From the human T2T-CHM13v2.0 reference genome, Homo sapiens: DNA of 64,000 nucleotides. Every line of letters begins with the position of its first letter. Positions within the stretch are counted from its first letter, which is position 1. The notes beneath the pieces are model-generated. The model did not search any database and had not been told where the DNA came from. It saw only the letters and a list, made by a program, of their open reading frames with translations. Both the position numbers and the translations under genes were made by a program. The stretch lies in the NCBI RefSeq assembly GCF_009914755.1, contig NC_060925.1; one strand, given 5' to 3'. Shown here piece after piece: positions 27,000 to 41,735 of this stretch.

Positions 27000-27850
27000 T
27001 TAACTGGTAATTATTGAACTCCTCCTATGTGCTAACTCACTATTAGGCACTGGAGACATGCAATAAATCTAGACAAACTCCCATGGCTGTGCAGCTTACA
27101 GCCTAGTAAGGGAGACAGACAAACAAACAAACAGGTGGCACAGATATTTAAAGTTAATAAGTGCTCTGAAAGAAACATGCGGGTGGAGAGCATAACTGTA
27201 GGTAGGGGTGGTAAGGGGACACTTTGGATGGTGTGGTCAAGAAAGGCCACTCTAGGGAAGTGACATTAACTTGAAGTCTGAAGATTAAGAAGAACCCACT
27301 CTATAAGGGTGGCATGGAAGAAGAGCTTTCCAGGTAGCGTGAACAGCAGCTGCAAAGGTCCTGAGATTGGATTGTCTGAGGAACAGAAAGGAGGCTTACA
27401 TGGCCACCATGAAGTGATCAACAGAGATGGTGGCCGGGGACGAGAAGGTGGTGGTAGCAGACAGAAGCTACATCACATCAGGCTTCTAGGTCACAATGGG
27501 GAGTTAGGATATTATTCTAGAAGCACCATGAGAACACTGACATAATCTTGAACTAACTGTGTGGTGTTTTGGAAGCATAGAGAAGAGAAGCTCCCAAGAA
27601 AAACACAGTGAGTGGTGTCAAACACTGACAAAATATTAAGGATGGAGTAAGATGTAGGGATGTGTCTACTATTAATAGATTTGCCAACATAAGAAAGTTG
27701 GTGACTTTAAGAATGGAGGGTAAAGATAGGAGCTTGATTATAATGGGTGGAATAATCAATGGGAAATGAGATGATGTTAGACAACTCCAGAGATTTTGCT
27801 GTGAGTGGGCAGAAAAAGGAGACAGTAGCTGGAATATTGTTGCACAGGTT
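27000..27850 (-). mobile_element. L2 fragments
   Basis: AGAAAGGCCACTCTAGGGAAGTGACATT...GCAAAGGTCCTGAG reverse L2 text. Confidence 0.7.
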
Positions 27851-30329
27851 AAATGAAATAGCCCCTCTGACATGCTGAGCCCAGTGCCTGTCACATAGTA
27901 AGCACATCCCTATTCTTAATATTATGTTTCCTATCCTTAGTCCCTTGTATGTCCATTCAAAGTTCATTTTTTCCTAAAAATGTTTTCAAACTGTGATTAT
28001 CTTATTTGAGTCCTGGGAACGTACATGGTGACTCAGAGGGTCATCCACAGTTGTGAATGACTGTATCTTTGGCCACTACAGATAAAAGTTACTTTTTCAG
28101 GAATTGTAAATGGAAGGGTTTTGTGTTTTAAGTGGCCTGTCAGAGTGCATTTGGTGCTGGCAGGATGCGGTGAGATGACAGCTCATTTCAGCCTGAAAGA
28201 GTGCTTTGGGGGTGCTGCCAGGCACATAACATCAGGCAGTAAGTGATCTTTCTCCTTTTTCTCTCTGCAGCTCCTGTTGCAGCTTCATTTTGATTATAGC
28301 ACAGATGTAAGAGCACCCAGTGAATTCGTGGTCTCCAGATGGGTTTTCTGGCATCTCCATATCTCCCTGTGATAATTTGGGAGGGTTGATGTTTGTGGGT
28401 TTGTGATTTGTTTGTTTTTGGTCTTTCATTTGCTCAGTGTCTGCCAAATAGACACATTTCCCCAGTTTTCACTATTTAGGAGCACTTAAACCACCAAAGA
28501 TTAGCCACAGTGGCAAAATAATAAAGCTATTGGTTTAATCTACAATCAAGGTAAACTAGCGGAAGGCAAAGATGACTAAATGGTTTTTGTCCTGAAGTCA
28601 CTGTAGTGCCTTTCCTCAGAGTGCCAGCTCACTCCCCGAGACATCGATACATGTTTGTGTCAAGACCTGGGCATATGTGCAGCATATAAGCCCTGTTAAA
28701 GCGTCAGTTAACCCCAGCTTCTCAGTACGTGCATCTGTTTGTAGCTGGTTGATTAGCTATTGGTCTGGAAAGACAACATTTCTCTCCTCTTCAAGGACAC
28801 AGGATCAGAACGGACCCTTTTGTTTTTCTTCCTGCCAGCTGAAAGGGAGCATACTGAGGCTTCTCTTCTTGGACTTCTTGCCTCTCAAAGTCTTCCCTTG
28901 TTGTTTCTTTAGAATAGTCTCTCTTTCCAAAGAAACTTGGTGTATATTGATAATATATCCTATGTATTTGTGACTTCAACAGTCATTGCCTTGCATTGCC
29001 ATATAGGTGTTCTATGTATGTGTTTTATTTTGCCAACTATAATTGTGAGCCCCTTACACTTATTTGAATTCCCTCCAGTTAGGTACATAATATAGACACT
29101 CTGTAAATATTTTTAAATTAGTTTTAATACATTGTTCTACCCTCAAGGATCTTAGAGTTTCACTGGGGAAGCAAGGGATACTCAGGTGAAACAGTTCAAT
29201 AACAGAGCAAAGCAACAATAATTCAGTGCCAAATGTGGAAATGTAGACCCAAGAGGTACAATGCTAAGGATGTCAGAGGAAAGTCACCTAGCTGGGCCAT
29301 TCTGAGAAGGCTCCTAGTTGCCTGTAACAGTTGTTACTTGTTCTAAGAGAATAAGTCAGTAGCTGCTTTCAGAGTTGGCCTGGTTTTACAAATGAATCTA
29401 GCTATCAGAGTAGCATTACTGCAATTGTCATTTTGTCCTTTGCATACTGATATCTCTGCTTCCCCAAAGGGATTTATTCTACAGACAAGACCAGCTCCTG
29501 GCCCCTAGAAATACCACAGCGAAGTTTACTTCTGTCCTCTTTTCCCACTCTCCAAAGCCCTTTCATCATTTGTATTTTTTTTAAACTTCTGTTTCTATGA
29601 AAAGATTTATCTTTATGGTTCAGCTCTCTAAAAGAAAGAGCTGATAGCATGAGAATGGGCATAGCGAGGATGCATATGCCTTCCTGCACTGCTTTCTGGG
29701 TGCTGCACTTGTGCTTTTAATCCTGCTGCTGTCAAGCTCCATTAGGAGATTTGAGCATCAGCCTCCTACCTTTGGGATCTGGCCTTCCATCAGTCCTGGC
29801 CAAAATGAGGACAGCGTTTGAGATAGGTAATCAAAAAGAAAGACAGGTTAGGTATCACAAAGAGCCCCATCCTAATTCACTATCCTGATGTCACAGTCAC
29901 CTTACACATCACACAGGGGCATTTATCCTCCCACTTGCAAGCACTGAGTGCCATTAGGGGAAGCCATCCGAATGCCACGTGCTGGCATCCATACAGTGAT
30001 TTAAAACAGCAGAAGATGAAGGCTAAGAAATGATTTCCTCTTTCTGGGAACGTAGGACGGTGCAGAAGGAGGAGAACCCCCGATCCCCACCCAAGGAAGC
30101 AAAGTTACTCAGACCAATCCTGGTGATCATGGGGTGACAGATGTTACAGCCTTCACATCTGGCCTCTTTTGTAGCTTTGGTGAGTCAGAAGCAACACTTA
30201 GACTCTTGCCTTAGAGGACTGGCAGTAAGTTTCTTGGAAAGTAAAGGCCCCCTAAGTGACACCCCCTTTCTCTGCATTTGATATAAAGTAGAAACTAGTC
30301 CATGGGAAGACTCAGAAGGAGGTGTTTAT

Positions 30330-30550
30330 GTCTCTGTAGCTGAAATTAACGCCTTTGTTGTCATCGGTAGAAAATACTAACTGCTCAGCTATGCAAGTTA
30401 TTGTGCTGGATCTAAAACCAGAATCTATATATTTTTTGTGAGCTCTTAAAGCTCTTTTCTTAAAACTTTTTATATGCAAAAAAGCACTCTTTTATGTACA
30501 AAATAGCTTTTTTCTTAAGGTTCTTTTTGTGAAAAAAGGCACTAATTTGC
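30330..30550. mobile_element. MER121-like ancient conserved repeat fragment
   Basis: ATGCAAAAAAGCACTCTTTT...TTTTTGTGAAAAAAGGCACTAA resembles the recalled MER121 AAAAAGGCACT-type terminal motif. Confidence 0.45.
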
Positions 30551-31560
30551 ATTCAGCAAATCTTGAAAACTACATGAGCAACAACAATAAATAGATGGCA
30601 TACAAAGCTCAAAATCAGTGTTGGTAGGGAAAACAACAGGAAAGAATATGAGTGCCAATTCTATCTGGTGCCCACAGCTAATTGTTAGAGTAAACGCTTT
30701 TTCTTTTAGGAAAGCCCAAGGTTTACACAGAGGTTTCTCTGCTGAGCCAGGTACTTACTTTGGAATTTTTATTTATTTTTTATTTAATAATTTGTATTTA
30801 ATTTGGAATTAAAATGAATTTGCAAAAGAGAAAGTTATATATCAGCACCTACAATTAGTTTTTGGTGATACAAACCTGATACATTTTTTGAAAAGGTTAA
30901 TTGTGCTTTCTTCGTTAGGTTTAAGCAAAGATTTTTCTAGTATTGAGTATACAGTCAGGGGACAAATATATTTCATATTGGAGGGTTAAAACAAATTGAG
31001 ACAGGATGACCTGGGAAGAGAGAAGGTATATAGATTTATGAGGTAATATACCATGAAAAGCTACAAATGTGAGTTTGGATGTGGAGTAGCAGAGGAAGAA
31101 GTGAAGTAGCTGTAAATGGCCAGATGACAGCGAACAAACCATTTCTGATGTGAGAGCCTCAGAGAGCAATACTGAATTCAGTACAAGGATTTAGCGTTCT
31201 TCTCTAGATAGCGATCATAACAGTACTGAAAGCAACCGGAATGAAATTTCCACAGGAAATAGAGCAGTTTGCTCCATAAGGCATGAAATATGAATCAACA
31301 AGTAAATTTATGTGATAGATTTTTAACGATAACTTCCAGTATAGGAAGAAAATGTTGACTTGTGATGCCCACCTTGAGCTAAATAAATAATGCTCGGGAC
31401 TGAGGCCGTCCCAGCAAGACTAAGCATTGCCAAACTGCAGGGTTTGGAACAACCCCTCATAACTCCCTTGTGTCTTCATGTAGCCTGTTTATTACTAGAA
31501 TACCATTTTTCTCCCTCGTGCCCATTTACCTGTTTATAAATACATTAAAGTCATATTTGC

Positions 31561-31632
31561 AAAAGGCAAATATTACATCATTGTAAAAGGCAAATATTAC
31601 ATCATTGTAGAGGGCAAATATTACATCCTTGA
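31561..31632. repeat. 24-bp minisatellite, 3 copies
   Basis: AAAAGGCAAATATTACATCATTGT twice exactly, then AGAGGGCAAATATTACATCCTTGA. Confidence 0.92.
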
Positions 31633-32361
31633 AAGCAAAGTGAGACCACAGTGCCAACAACCAAGTTCTAGGTCTATTCAGATATTTTTGCATAATCTTG
31701 AGTCAGCCAGCTATATACTCTATCCCCATGTGTAAAATGGGCTAATAATCCCAGGTCTCATAAACCCACAGAAGGTCGCAACCATGTGAATTAATTGTCG
31801 AATATGGTATTGTGCTGAGAAAGTTAAATATGGAAGCTTGCCTATTTCCGGTAGCTAAAAACAGACCAAAGGCCAACAAATTCTATTTTGTTAAATCATT
31901 CTTCTTCGACTTAAGGTTTTACAGCAATTGCAGGAATCACTTACAGAGGTTTCAAATCTGAATAAGAAATTGCTCCTTTCTCATTTACTACATTACCCCA
32001 TAGCTGTTTTGTGACTTTTTGTTCAAGAACAGATTCATCCTTAAATATCTTCTGGTGACCCATGCCAAAACAGAAATTGGATGTGAACTTTGTTTTATAT
32101 GGAAACGTAGATGCGCTAAAGCTCTTTGGTGCTGGGCAAAGCTTTTTTCAGTGTGGGCACTGTTACTATGTCCCCACAGAACCACACATGTTTTTTGACC
32201 CTCAGTTTGCTGTACCAATTACTTTAACTCAGTCATGACAAAGTACACCATGCCCAGCCAGCACATTGTTTTTTAATGAGTAATATTCATACCCTCCCAA
32301 GATAAGAGACTGACCACATTGGATCTTGAGAGCAGCTGTGCTGGTTATAAATGATTGTTTA

Positions 32362-32674
<313 letters not shown>

Positions 32675-33889
32675 TTACATGATTGTTAGTCTCATGCATC
32701 AGCGGTTCTGGAGATGAGGGCAGGTGACAGGAGCCATAAGAGAGGATGTGGACAGAGACCTGCTCAGAAAGGCCACCTACAGAGTGAAAGTAAAAAGGGA
32801 TTCTTGGCTGGTAATGTGAATATGAAGCACATACCGAGGCGGCAGGGACCAGGACAACTCTCAATATTTTTTAAAGCTATCATGTATTGCATTCTCACTA
32901 TGCTTAGGGCATGGTGCCTAGCATCCCCCACATGTACAACCTTAATACATAGGGAGTATTTATTTCCCTTTTTGCAACTGAGGTACTAAGGCTTAGAAAG
33001 ATTAACTTCCCTGAGAAAGGATCCAAACCCAGTTTGTCTGATTATAAGGTTCAAGCTGTTAATCATTTTAATCATTTGCCTATTGACCATATTATCTGTT
33101 TTTGCAGTATGATTATTTGAAATGCAAATTAAATAATTCCTGGTTCCCAAGAAATGACTATAAAACACAAAATCTTGTCTCAAGAGAGGATAGATGCTTC
33201 ACTTGTATTAGGGAGACCAGGAAAGGGAGGAAATTATGAAAAACATGTAAAGCTAAATAAATACAAGATAAAATTAAGACCCTCACAGAGGTAGCATGCT
33301 CTGTTCCTTATATAATTGATGATACCTTAACAGAATCCTAATTCCAAGGCCTTGTGAGACAGTGACGCTCCCCTCATCCCCCATAATTTATGGGAGTTCT
33401 CAGAACTCAGCACTCAAATTTCTGTCTCTGTGCTCCTGTATCCACACGTGCTACCTCTCTTCTGACCCACTTCAAAACAGGCACAAAGACAACTCCCTCC
33501 ACCTGGTCCCACACATCCACAAATTCACTCACCAGAATGCATGCTGTTAGTAGAGAAACTTTGCTGAAGGCTTGGGAGAAGGTCACAGGAAGGGGTGACA
33601 TGATGATGCTCAAAGTCTTCTCCCCATATCCCTGTATCCACTGTCGTCTTATCTTCCTCCTTGTTCCTCCTATCCCAGGAATAACAGTTTTCCTCTTGCC
33701 TCATGGAGAACGATTTTTTGAAAATCAATTTACCCCTAATTTTAGAAAGGTAAATTGGTGTGTTCCTGTTTATTAGCACAACACACCCCAATAGTGTCTG
33801 GAGCAGCAAACGCATCAATGTTTTTGCAGCAAAATGAATAAATATTGACACCAAGTGAGGTGAATAAAGGCTTAGATAGCCTCACTTTA

Positions 33890-34015
33890 GTTTCAAATTG
33901 GCCACAAAATCAGATCAACTCAGCTCAAATGTTGCACTCAACAGATCTTTTTTAAACTTTGACTGTCAGAAATTTTTGAAATTCAAGTTGTAAATAAGAG
34001 ACTGTAGACCTATAT
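33890..34015. mobile_element. Old Tigger-type (Tigger15a/MamRep434-like) terminal fragment
   Basis: TTGTAAATAAGAGACTGTAGACCTATA resembles the TcMar-Tigger end GATAAGGGATTGTGGACCTG-TA. Confidence 0.35.
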
Positions 34016-34078
34016 AGGAGAACACCACTGAGCCAGGCTTAATAATCTGGCTCCTGACTAGAGAAAGCTGTCATCTTA

Positions 34079-34530
<452 letters not shown>

Positions 34531-35257
34531 GTATTTCAGGAAGCTTCCACCAGATGAACCTGTCTTCAAGTAAAAAGAATCCCACCCCCACCAATTATAC
34601 TGCCAACATAAAATACATTGGAAGAAAGGACTGGCCTCATTAGGTAAGAGAGGAAGAGCTGTTTCAATTGGCCAGGGAGACTAGGTTGACATTTGAGTTT
34701 TAGGCCATTCCTGTTATGTGATGTGGCCTCTGTCTGAATGGTCCTTTGAGTTTATATTAAAAGTTAAAACAAAAAAAGTTTATATTAGAACTTACTGAGC
34801 TAGAATGCACCTGACAAAGGGGTGGGTAATTACGTTTTTCCTTGATGTAGCTCTGTAAATCTTTAGTAAAAAGGCAGTTTTCACTCAAAATAAGTCCCCC
34901 CAGATTAAACAATAACAATAACAGACAAGCAACTGATTTTGTTTCTGAAAAAGGTAGATTAAATAATTCAGACCCATACTCCTGAAGGGCAAGCTAAAGA
35001 TAACTAAAAAGATTGGATAAAATATGTTTAAAATCTTCTTAAAAGCATCAAAGAGCTAATACATTAATAAGAAGTTACTAGTTTTAAGCCCCAAGAAAAG
35101 GCAGAAATCAGAAGAAATGAGCCTTGTATTCAGTGTCACTGGGATTATTTGGCAATCCTGGTTAGAGGTCAAAAGTTGGAGTTCATGGCTCACCAAAGGT
35201 ATGGATGTTGCTAAACCACCTTCTGCTTTGAGTTGGAACCGTAAAGGAGTTACATTC

Positions 35258-35564
35258 TTTTTTTTTTTTTTTTTTTTTTTTTTGAGACGGAGTCTCGTTG
35301 TGTCGCCCAGGCTGGAGTGCAGTGGTGTGATCTCCACTCACCGCAAGCTCTGCCTCCCGGGTTCACGCCATTCTCCTGTCTCAGCCTCCTGAGTAGCTGG
35401 GACTACAGGCGCCCGCCACCAAGCCCGGCTAATTTTTTGTATTTATAGTAGAGACGGGGTTTCACCGTGTTAGCCAGGATGATCTCCATCTCCTGACCTC
35501 GTGATCAGCCCACCTCGGCCTCCCAAAGTGCTGGGATAACAGGCGTGAGCCACCGCCCCCAGCC
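35258..35564 (-). mobile_element. AluY
   Basis: Y diagnostics (GCAAGCTC, TTCACGCCATTCTCC, GTGTTAGCCAGGATG); long poly(T); TSD ending GAG(T/C)TACATTCT. Confidence 0.95.
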
Positions 35565-36289
35565 GAAAGAGCTACATTCTAAGACAGGGTGGATGGGAAG
35601 TGGAGCAGCACTCGCACTTGCATGGGCTGGATTTGGTGACTCGCTGTCAACTGATCTTTAGCGAAAGTACCAAGTCTATACAATGGGAAAAGGAGAGTCT
35701 CTTCAATAAATGGGGCTGGGAAAAGTGGATAGCCACATGTAAAATAATGAAATTGAACCCATTATCTTACACCATACACAAAATGTTAACTCAAAATGAA
35801 TTAAAGGCTGAAGTGTAAGACCTGAAACTATAAAACTCCTAGAAGAAAACGTAGGGAAAAATCTTCCTGATACTGGTTTTGGCAATGATTTCTTGGATGT
35901 GACACCAAAAGCAAAGGTCACAAAAGCAAGAACAGACAAGTAGGACTACATTAAACGAAAAAGCTTCTACACAGCGAAGAAAACAATCAGTGGCATGAAA
36001 AGGTAACCTTGGAAAGAGAAAATATTTACAAACCATATATTTGATAAGGGTTAATATCTGAACTATACAAGAAATTAATACAACTCAGTGACAAAAAAAA
36101 AAAATAACCCAACTAAAAATGGACAAAGAACCTGAATAAACATTTCTCCAAAGAAGGCATACAAATGGCCAAATGGTATATAAAAAAGTGTTCAACACAC
36201 TAATCATGGGAGAAATGCAAATCAGAACTATATTGAGATATCATCTCAAACCTGTTAGGGTGGTGCTGTTCTCAAAAAGTCAAAAGGTG

Positions 36290-36714
<425 letters not shown>

Positions 36715-37316
36715 TTAAATTTTTTCCTCAAAAAATTTAAAATTGAAAACCATATGATCCAGTAATCCCACTTCTGATATATATCTAAAAAATCAGTATC
36801 TCAAAGAGATACCTGCACTCCCATGTTCATTGCAGCATTATCACAATAGCCAAGGTATCAAAACAACCCAAATGTCCACTGACATGTAAGGAGAAAAATG
36901 TATTGTATATAAATACAAGGAAATATTATCACCCTTATAAAAGAAGGAAATCCTGCTATTTGTGACAACATGGATGAACCTGAAGGAGATGATGCTAAGT
37001 GAAAATAAGCCTGTTAGAAGAGGAAAAATATTGCATAATTCCACTTACATAAGGTATCTAAAATAGTAACTCACAGAAGCAGAAAATAAATAGTGGTTTC
37101 CAAGTAGCTGGGAGAAAGGAGGAAATGAAGAGTTGTTGTTCAATGGCTATACAGTTTCAGTTATACAAGATGAATAAATTCCAGAGATCTGCCATACAAC
37201 ATAATGCCTATAGTTAACAATGCTGGACTGTGCACTTAGAAGTTTGTTCAGAGGGTAGATCTCATGTTAAGTGTTCTTACAACAACGAACGCCCCATCAA
37301 AAAAGACCAAAAAGCA

Positions 37317-37613
<297 letters not shown>

Positions 37614-37739
37614 TTAAAAAGCGAAGAGATGCAAGGAAACTTTTAGAGGTGATGCCTATGTGTATCACCTTGATTTGTAGTGATGGTTTCGCAGTATGTC
37701 CAAACTCATTAGATTGAATACGTTAAATAGGTGCAGTTT

Positions 37740-38181
37740 ACATGGATGAGCTTGGAGGACATTAGGTTAAGTTAAATAAGCCAGGCACAGAGTGATAAAT
37801 CTGCATGTTCTTGGCACATGTGGAATCTATAAAAGTTGGTATCATAGAAGTGGAGAGGAAGGGAAGGGGAATAGGGAGAGGGGATGACCAAAGGCTGGTT
37901 AACAGATACAAAAGTACAGCTAAGTAGAAGGCATAAATTCTAGTGCTCTGTAGCACTTTAGGGTGAGAATTAATTGTATATTTTCAAATAGCTAGAAGAG
38001 TGGATTTTGAATGTTCCCAACACAAAGAAATGATAAATGTGTGAGGTGATGTATTTGCTAATTACCCTGATTTGATCATTGCACATTATATACTTGTATC
38101 AAAGTATCACATTGTACTCCATGAATATGTACAATTATTACATGTCAATTTAAAATAATAATAAAAGCAAAAATATCACAA
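37740..38181 (+). mobile_element. Nested L1MA (MA4/5-like) 3' end
   Basis: ACATGGATGAGCTTGGAGGACATT...TTACCCTGATTTGATCATT...TGTCAATTTAAAATAA; degenerate TSD AAATAGGTGCAGTTT / AAATATGTAGTTT. Confidence 0.82.
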
Positions 38182-39186
38182 AAATATGTAGTTTTTTGTA
38201 TCAATTATACCTCAATAAAGCTGTGTTTAAAAAATCTAAAAACCAAGAATTTAGCAATATGTGAAAAGATTTATACACTTTGACCAAGTAGGCTTTATTC
38301 CAGGAATGCAAAGCTGGTTCAACTTTCAAAAATCAATGCAATCCACCATATTAAAAGGCTAAAAAAAGAAAAAATCACATGGCTATACAAACTAATGTAA
38401 AAGCATTTGACAAAATTCAACACCCATTTATGACAAAATTCTCAGAAAAATACAAATAGAAGGCAAATTAGATACCTATAGCTAATCTATAATTAATCAT
38501 GAAAGACTGAATGCTTTCTCCCTAATTTATATCAAAATATCAATGAGAATTTTTGTATTAATAGATATAGAGGAGATTATTCTAATATTTAAACAGAAAG
38601 GCAAAGGAACTAGAAGAGCTAAAACAATTTTGAATAGAAGGAATAAAGTGGGCAGAATCAGACTACCCAGTTTCAAGATTTATTATATAGCTTCAGTAAT
38701 CAAGACTGTATGGTATTGGTGGAGGGATAGACACATAGATCAATGGAATGGAATAGAGAATCCAAAAATAAACCCACACAACTATGCCCAGCTGATTCTT
38801 GACAAAGGTGCAAAAGCAATTAAATGGTTAACAAATGATGCCAGAGCAACTGGACCTTATTAGGCAAGAAGAAGAAGGAGAAGAAGGAGAAGGAGAAGGA
38901 GCTGCTCAACCTAGCCCTCACATCTTATACAAAAATTAACTTATGATGGATTACCAACAGAACATGAAACAGAAAAAAAAAAAATTGGAGAAAACCTTTG
39001 GGGTTTAGGGCTAGCCAGAAAGTTCTTAGTCTTGACACCAACAACATGCTCCATAATAGAAAAAATAGTAAAATTAGACCTTATCAAAATTTAAAAATTT
39101 CTCTACAAAGTGCATGTAAAGAGGATGAAAAGACTGGGGGAAAATACTTGCAAGCCACAGATCTGAAAAAGGACCAGGATCTAGAC

Positions 39187-39417
39187 CAAGGTTGTCCAAC
39201 TCATGGCCCACTGGCCACAAGCCTCCCAGGATGGTTTTGAATGCGGCCCAACACAAATTTTTAAACTTTCTTAAAACATTATGAGAATTGTTTTGTGATT
39301 TTTTTTTTAGCTCATCAGCTGTTGTTAGTGTTTTTTATTTTATATTTTATATGTGGCCCAAGGCAATTCTTCTTCTTCCAATGTGGCCCAGAGAAGCCAA
39401 AAGACTGGACACCCCTT
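39187..39417 (-). mobile_element. MER30 hAT-Charlie MITE, full length
   Basis: TIRs CAAGGTTGTCCAA...CTGGACACCCCT; perfect 8-bp TSD ATCTAGAC at 39179-39186 and 39418-39425 (Charlie NTCTAGAN target). Confidence 0.93.
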
Positions 39418-39931
39418 ATCTAGACTATATAGAGAACTCTGAAAATTCAACAGTCAAAAAGACAAAACAATCCAATTAGCAAATGACCAAAAGACGTAAA
39501 CAGAGATTTCACCAAAGATTGCATATAGGTGGAAATAAGGATGGCAAGTAAGCACGAGCCCCTGAAGACGTCTGACATCAGTAGTCATTAGAGGAATGGA
39601 ATTTAAAATCACAATGACACATCATTATACATGTATAAGAATGGGTGAAAGTTTTAAAATATTGACAACACCAAATCCTGCCAAGGTTGTGGAGAAGCTG
39701 GATCATTCATATGTTCCTTGTTGGGATGTAAAATGGTACAATTGCTCTAGAAAACAGGCTGGCAGTCTCTTTAACAACTAAGCATGTGACTACCATACGA
39801 TCTAGCAATAGTTGCCCTGGGCATTTACCTTACAAACTAGAAATAGTTCTCCTGGGCATTTATCCCAGAGATATGAAAATGTATGCTCACTTGTAAACCT
39901 GTAAACAAATGTTTGTGGCAACTTTATTTGG

Positions 39932-40197
39932 TTTTTGTTGTTGTTGTTGTTGTTGTTGTTGAGACGTCTTGCTCTGTTCTCCCAAGCTGAAGTGCGGTGG
40001 TTCAATCCTAGCTTACTGCAGCCTCCAACTCCTGGGTTCAAGGGATCCTCCCCCTTTAGCCTCTTGTGTAGCTGGGACTTCAGGTGTGTGCAGCCACACC
40101 CAGCTAATTTTTCATTTTTTTATGTAGAGACAGGGTCTCACTATGTTGCCTAGCCAGTCTGGAACTACTGGGCTCAAGCAATCCTCCCACCTCAGCC
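39932..40197 (-). mobile_element. AluJ, 5'-truncated, with a (TTG)n tail
   Basis: Reverse AluJ text; TSD CAACTT(T/A)ATTTG. Confidence 0.88.
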
Positions 40198-40749
40198 AAC
40201 TTAATTTGTAATACCCCTGAAACTGGGGAAAAAACCCTAAATGTCCTTCATTAAGTGAATGGTTAAACAAGCTGGTGGTACATGCATACCATGAAATACT
40301 ACAAGAAAAAGGAACAAAATACTGATACAACAACCTGCAACTCAGGTTGCTGCGTGGGAAAAAATTCAAAAGGTTACATATATTGATACGAAAGGATACA
40401 AATGATTTCATTTAAATAACATTCTTGAAATCACAAAATGTACCATTTTACATTTTGGAAATGGGAAACAGGTAAGTGGTTTCAAGAGATTAGAGATGGG
40501 GAAGGATGCACAGGGGAAACAGGTGTGGCTACGAAAGGGCAATATGAGGGATCTTGCGGTGGTGGAAATGTTGTGTATCTTGACTGTGTCAATGTCAATA
40601 TCCTAATTATGATATTTTACTATAGTTTTTGCAAGATATTACCAATGAGGGAAACTGGGTGAAGGGTACTTGCAATCTCTCTGTATTATTTCTTACAATT
40701 GCCTACAAATCTACAATTATCTCAAAATGAAAGTTCTAATTTAAAAAGC

Positions 40750-41735
40750 GACTCTTGATCAAAAGATACCATTAAATGAGTAGAAGATACTTGCAGTCTC
40801 TAACTGACCAAGGCATGGTAGCAGCTAGACTTTATAAACAGCTTTTATGAATCAATAAGAAAAAGTCAGCTCAAAAAAATGGGCAAACATTTGAACAGGC
40901 ACTCAGAAAACAGAAAACTCAAGTAGCCTATAAACATATGTAGAAGTGCCCAATTTCATTGGTAATTAGGGATATGAAACGAAGATCACAGTGAGACACC
41001 ATTACATCTCCGCCAGACTGGCAAAACATAAGAAGTCTAATAATATTATATTTTGGCAAGGATGCGGAGCAATGGCAATTACCGTACATCTCTGATGGGA
41101 GTCTAAATTTTGTGGCCACTTTGGAAAACAATTTGGCATGATCTAATAAAACTAAATATATGCATACCCTATAGTCCAGTAATTTCACCCCAAGGTATAC
41201 ATCCTAAAGATTGCACTTGCATACCAGGAGATATACACAAAAATGTCATTAGCAATAGCACTTGTAATAGCCCCAATGGGAAAAACCCAAATATCTAAAG
41301 TGCCAGAATGGACAAAGAAATTGTGATATGTCCATACAAGGGAATATTAAGTAGCAATGAAAATGAATGAACTACAACTACATGCCACAAAAGTAGATGA
41401 CTCTTACAACCAAATGGAAGAAGAGGCCAGGCACACACAAAAATATGCATGCAATATTATTCAATTTATAGAAAGTTCAAAACCAAGCAAAACTAAACTG
41501 TAGTGGTTAGGGATACATTACAAATTGGTAGAAACTATAAAGATACGTAAGGAAGTAATTACCATAAAGTCAGGATAGTTGCTTTAGGGGGAAGGGAAGG
41601 ACTTGTGGAAGGGAATTGGTGGAGCAGGGGAACCTCTGGGGTGGTAGCAATGACCTGGGTGGTGTTTGGTTTATGATTCATTAGGCTATGAAGGTACGTT
41701 GTTTTCACTTTTCTGTGTTACAGTTTATAACAAAA
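40750..41735 (+). mobile_element. L1ME-type 3' fragment
   Basis: CCACTTTGGAAAACAATTTGGCA...GCAATGAAAATGAATGAACTACAACTACATG...GACCTGGGTGGTG. Confidence 0.78.

Larger units (their letters stand above)
38255..40746 (+). mobile_element. L1MC/MD-type ORF2 and 3'UTR, with MER30, AluJ and a (GAA/GGA)n tract inside
   Basis: ORF 38543-38863 is decayed ORF2p (LPSFKIYYIASVIKTVWYWWRDRHIDQWN); 3' end ATCTACAATTATCTCAAAATGAAAG. Confidence 0.85.

Noticed and set aside
31561-31632. CRISPR-like array
   Set aside because: Head-to-tail tandem units without spacers, no cas genes, primate DNA.
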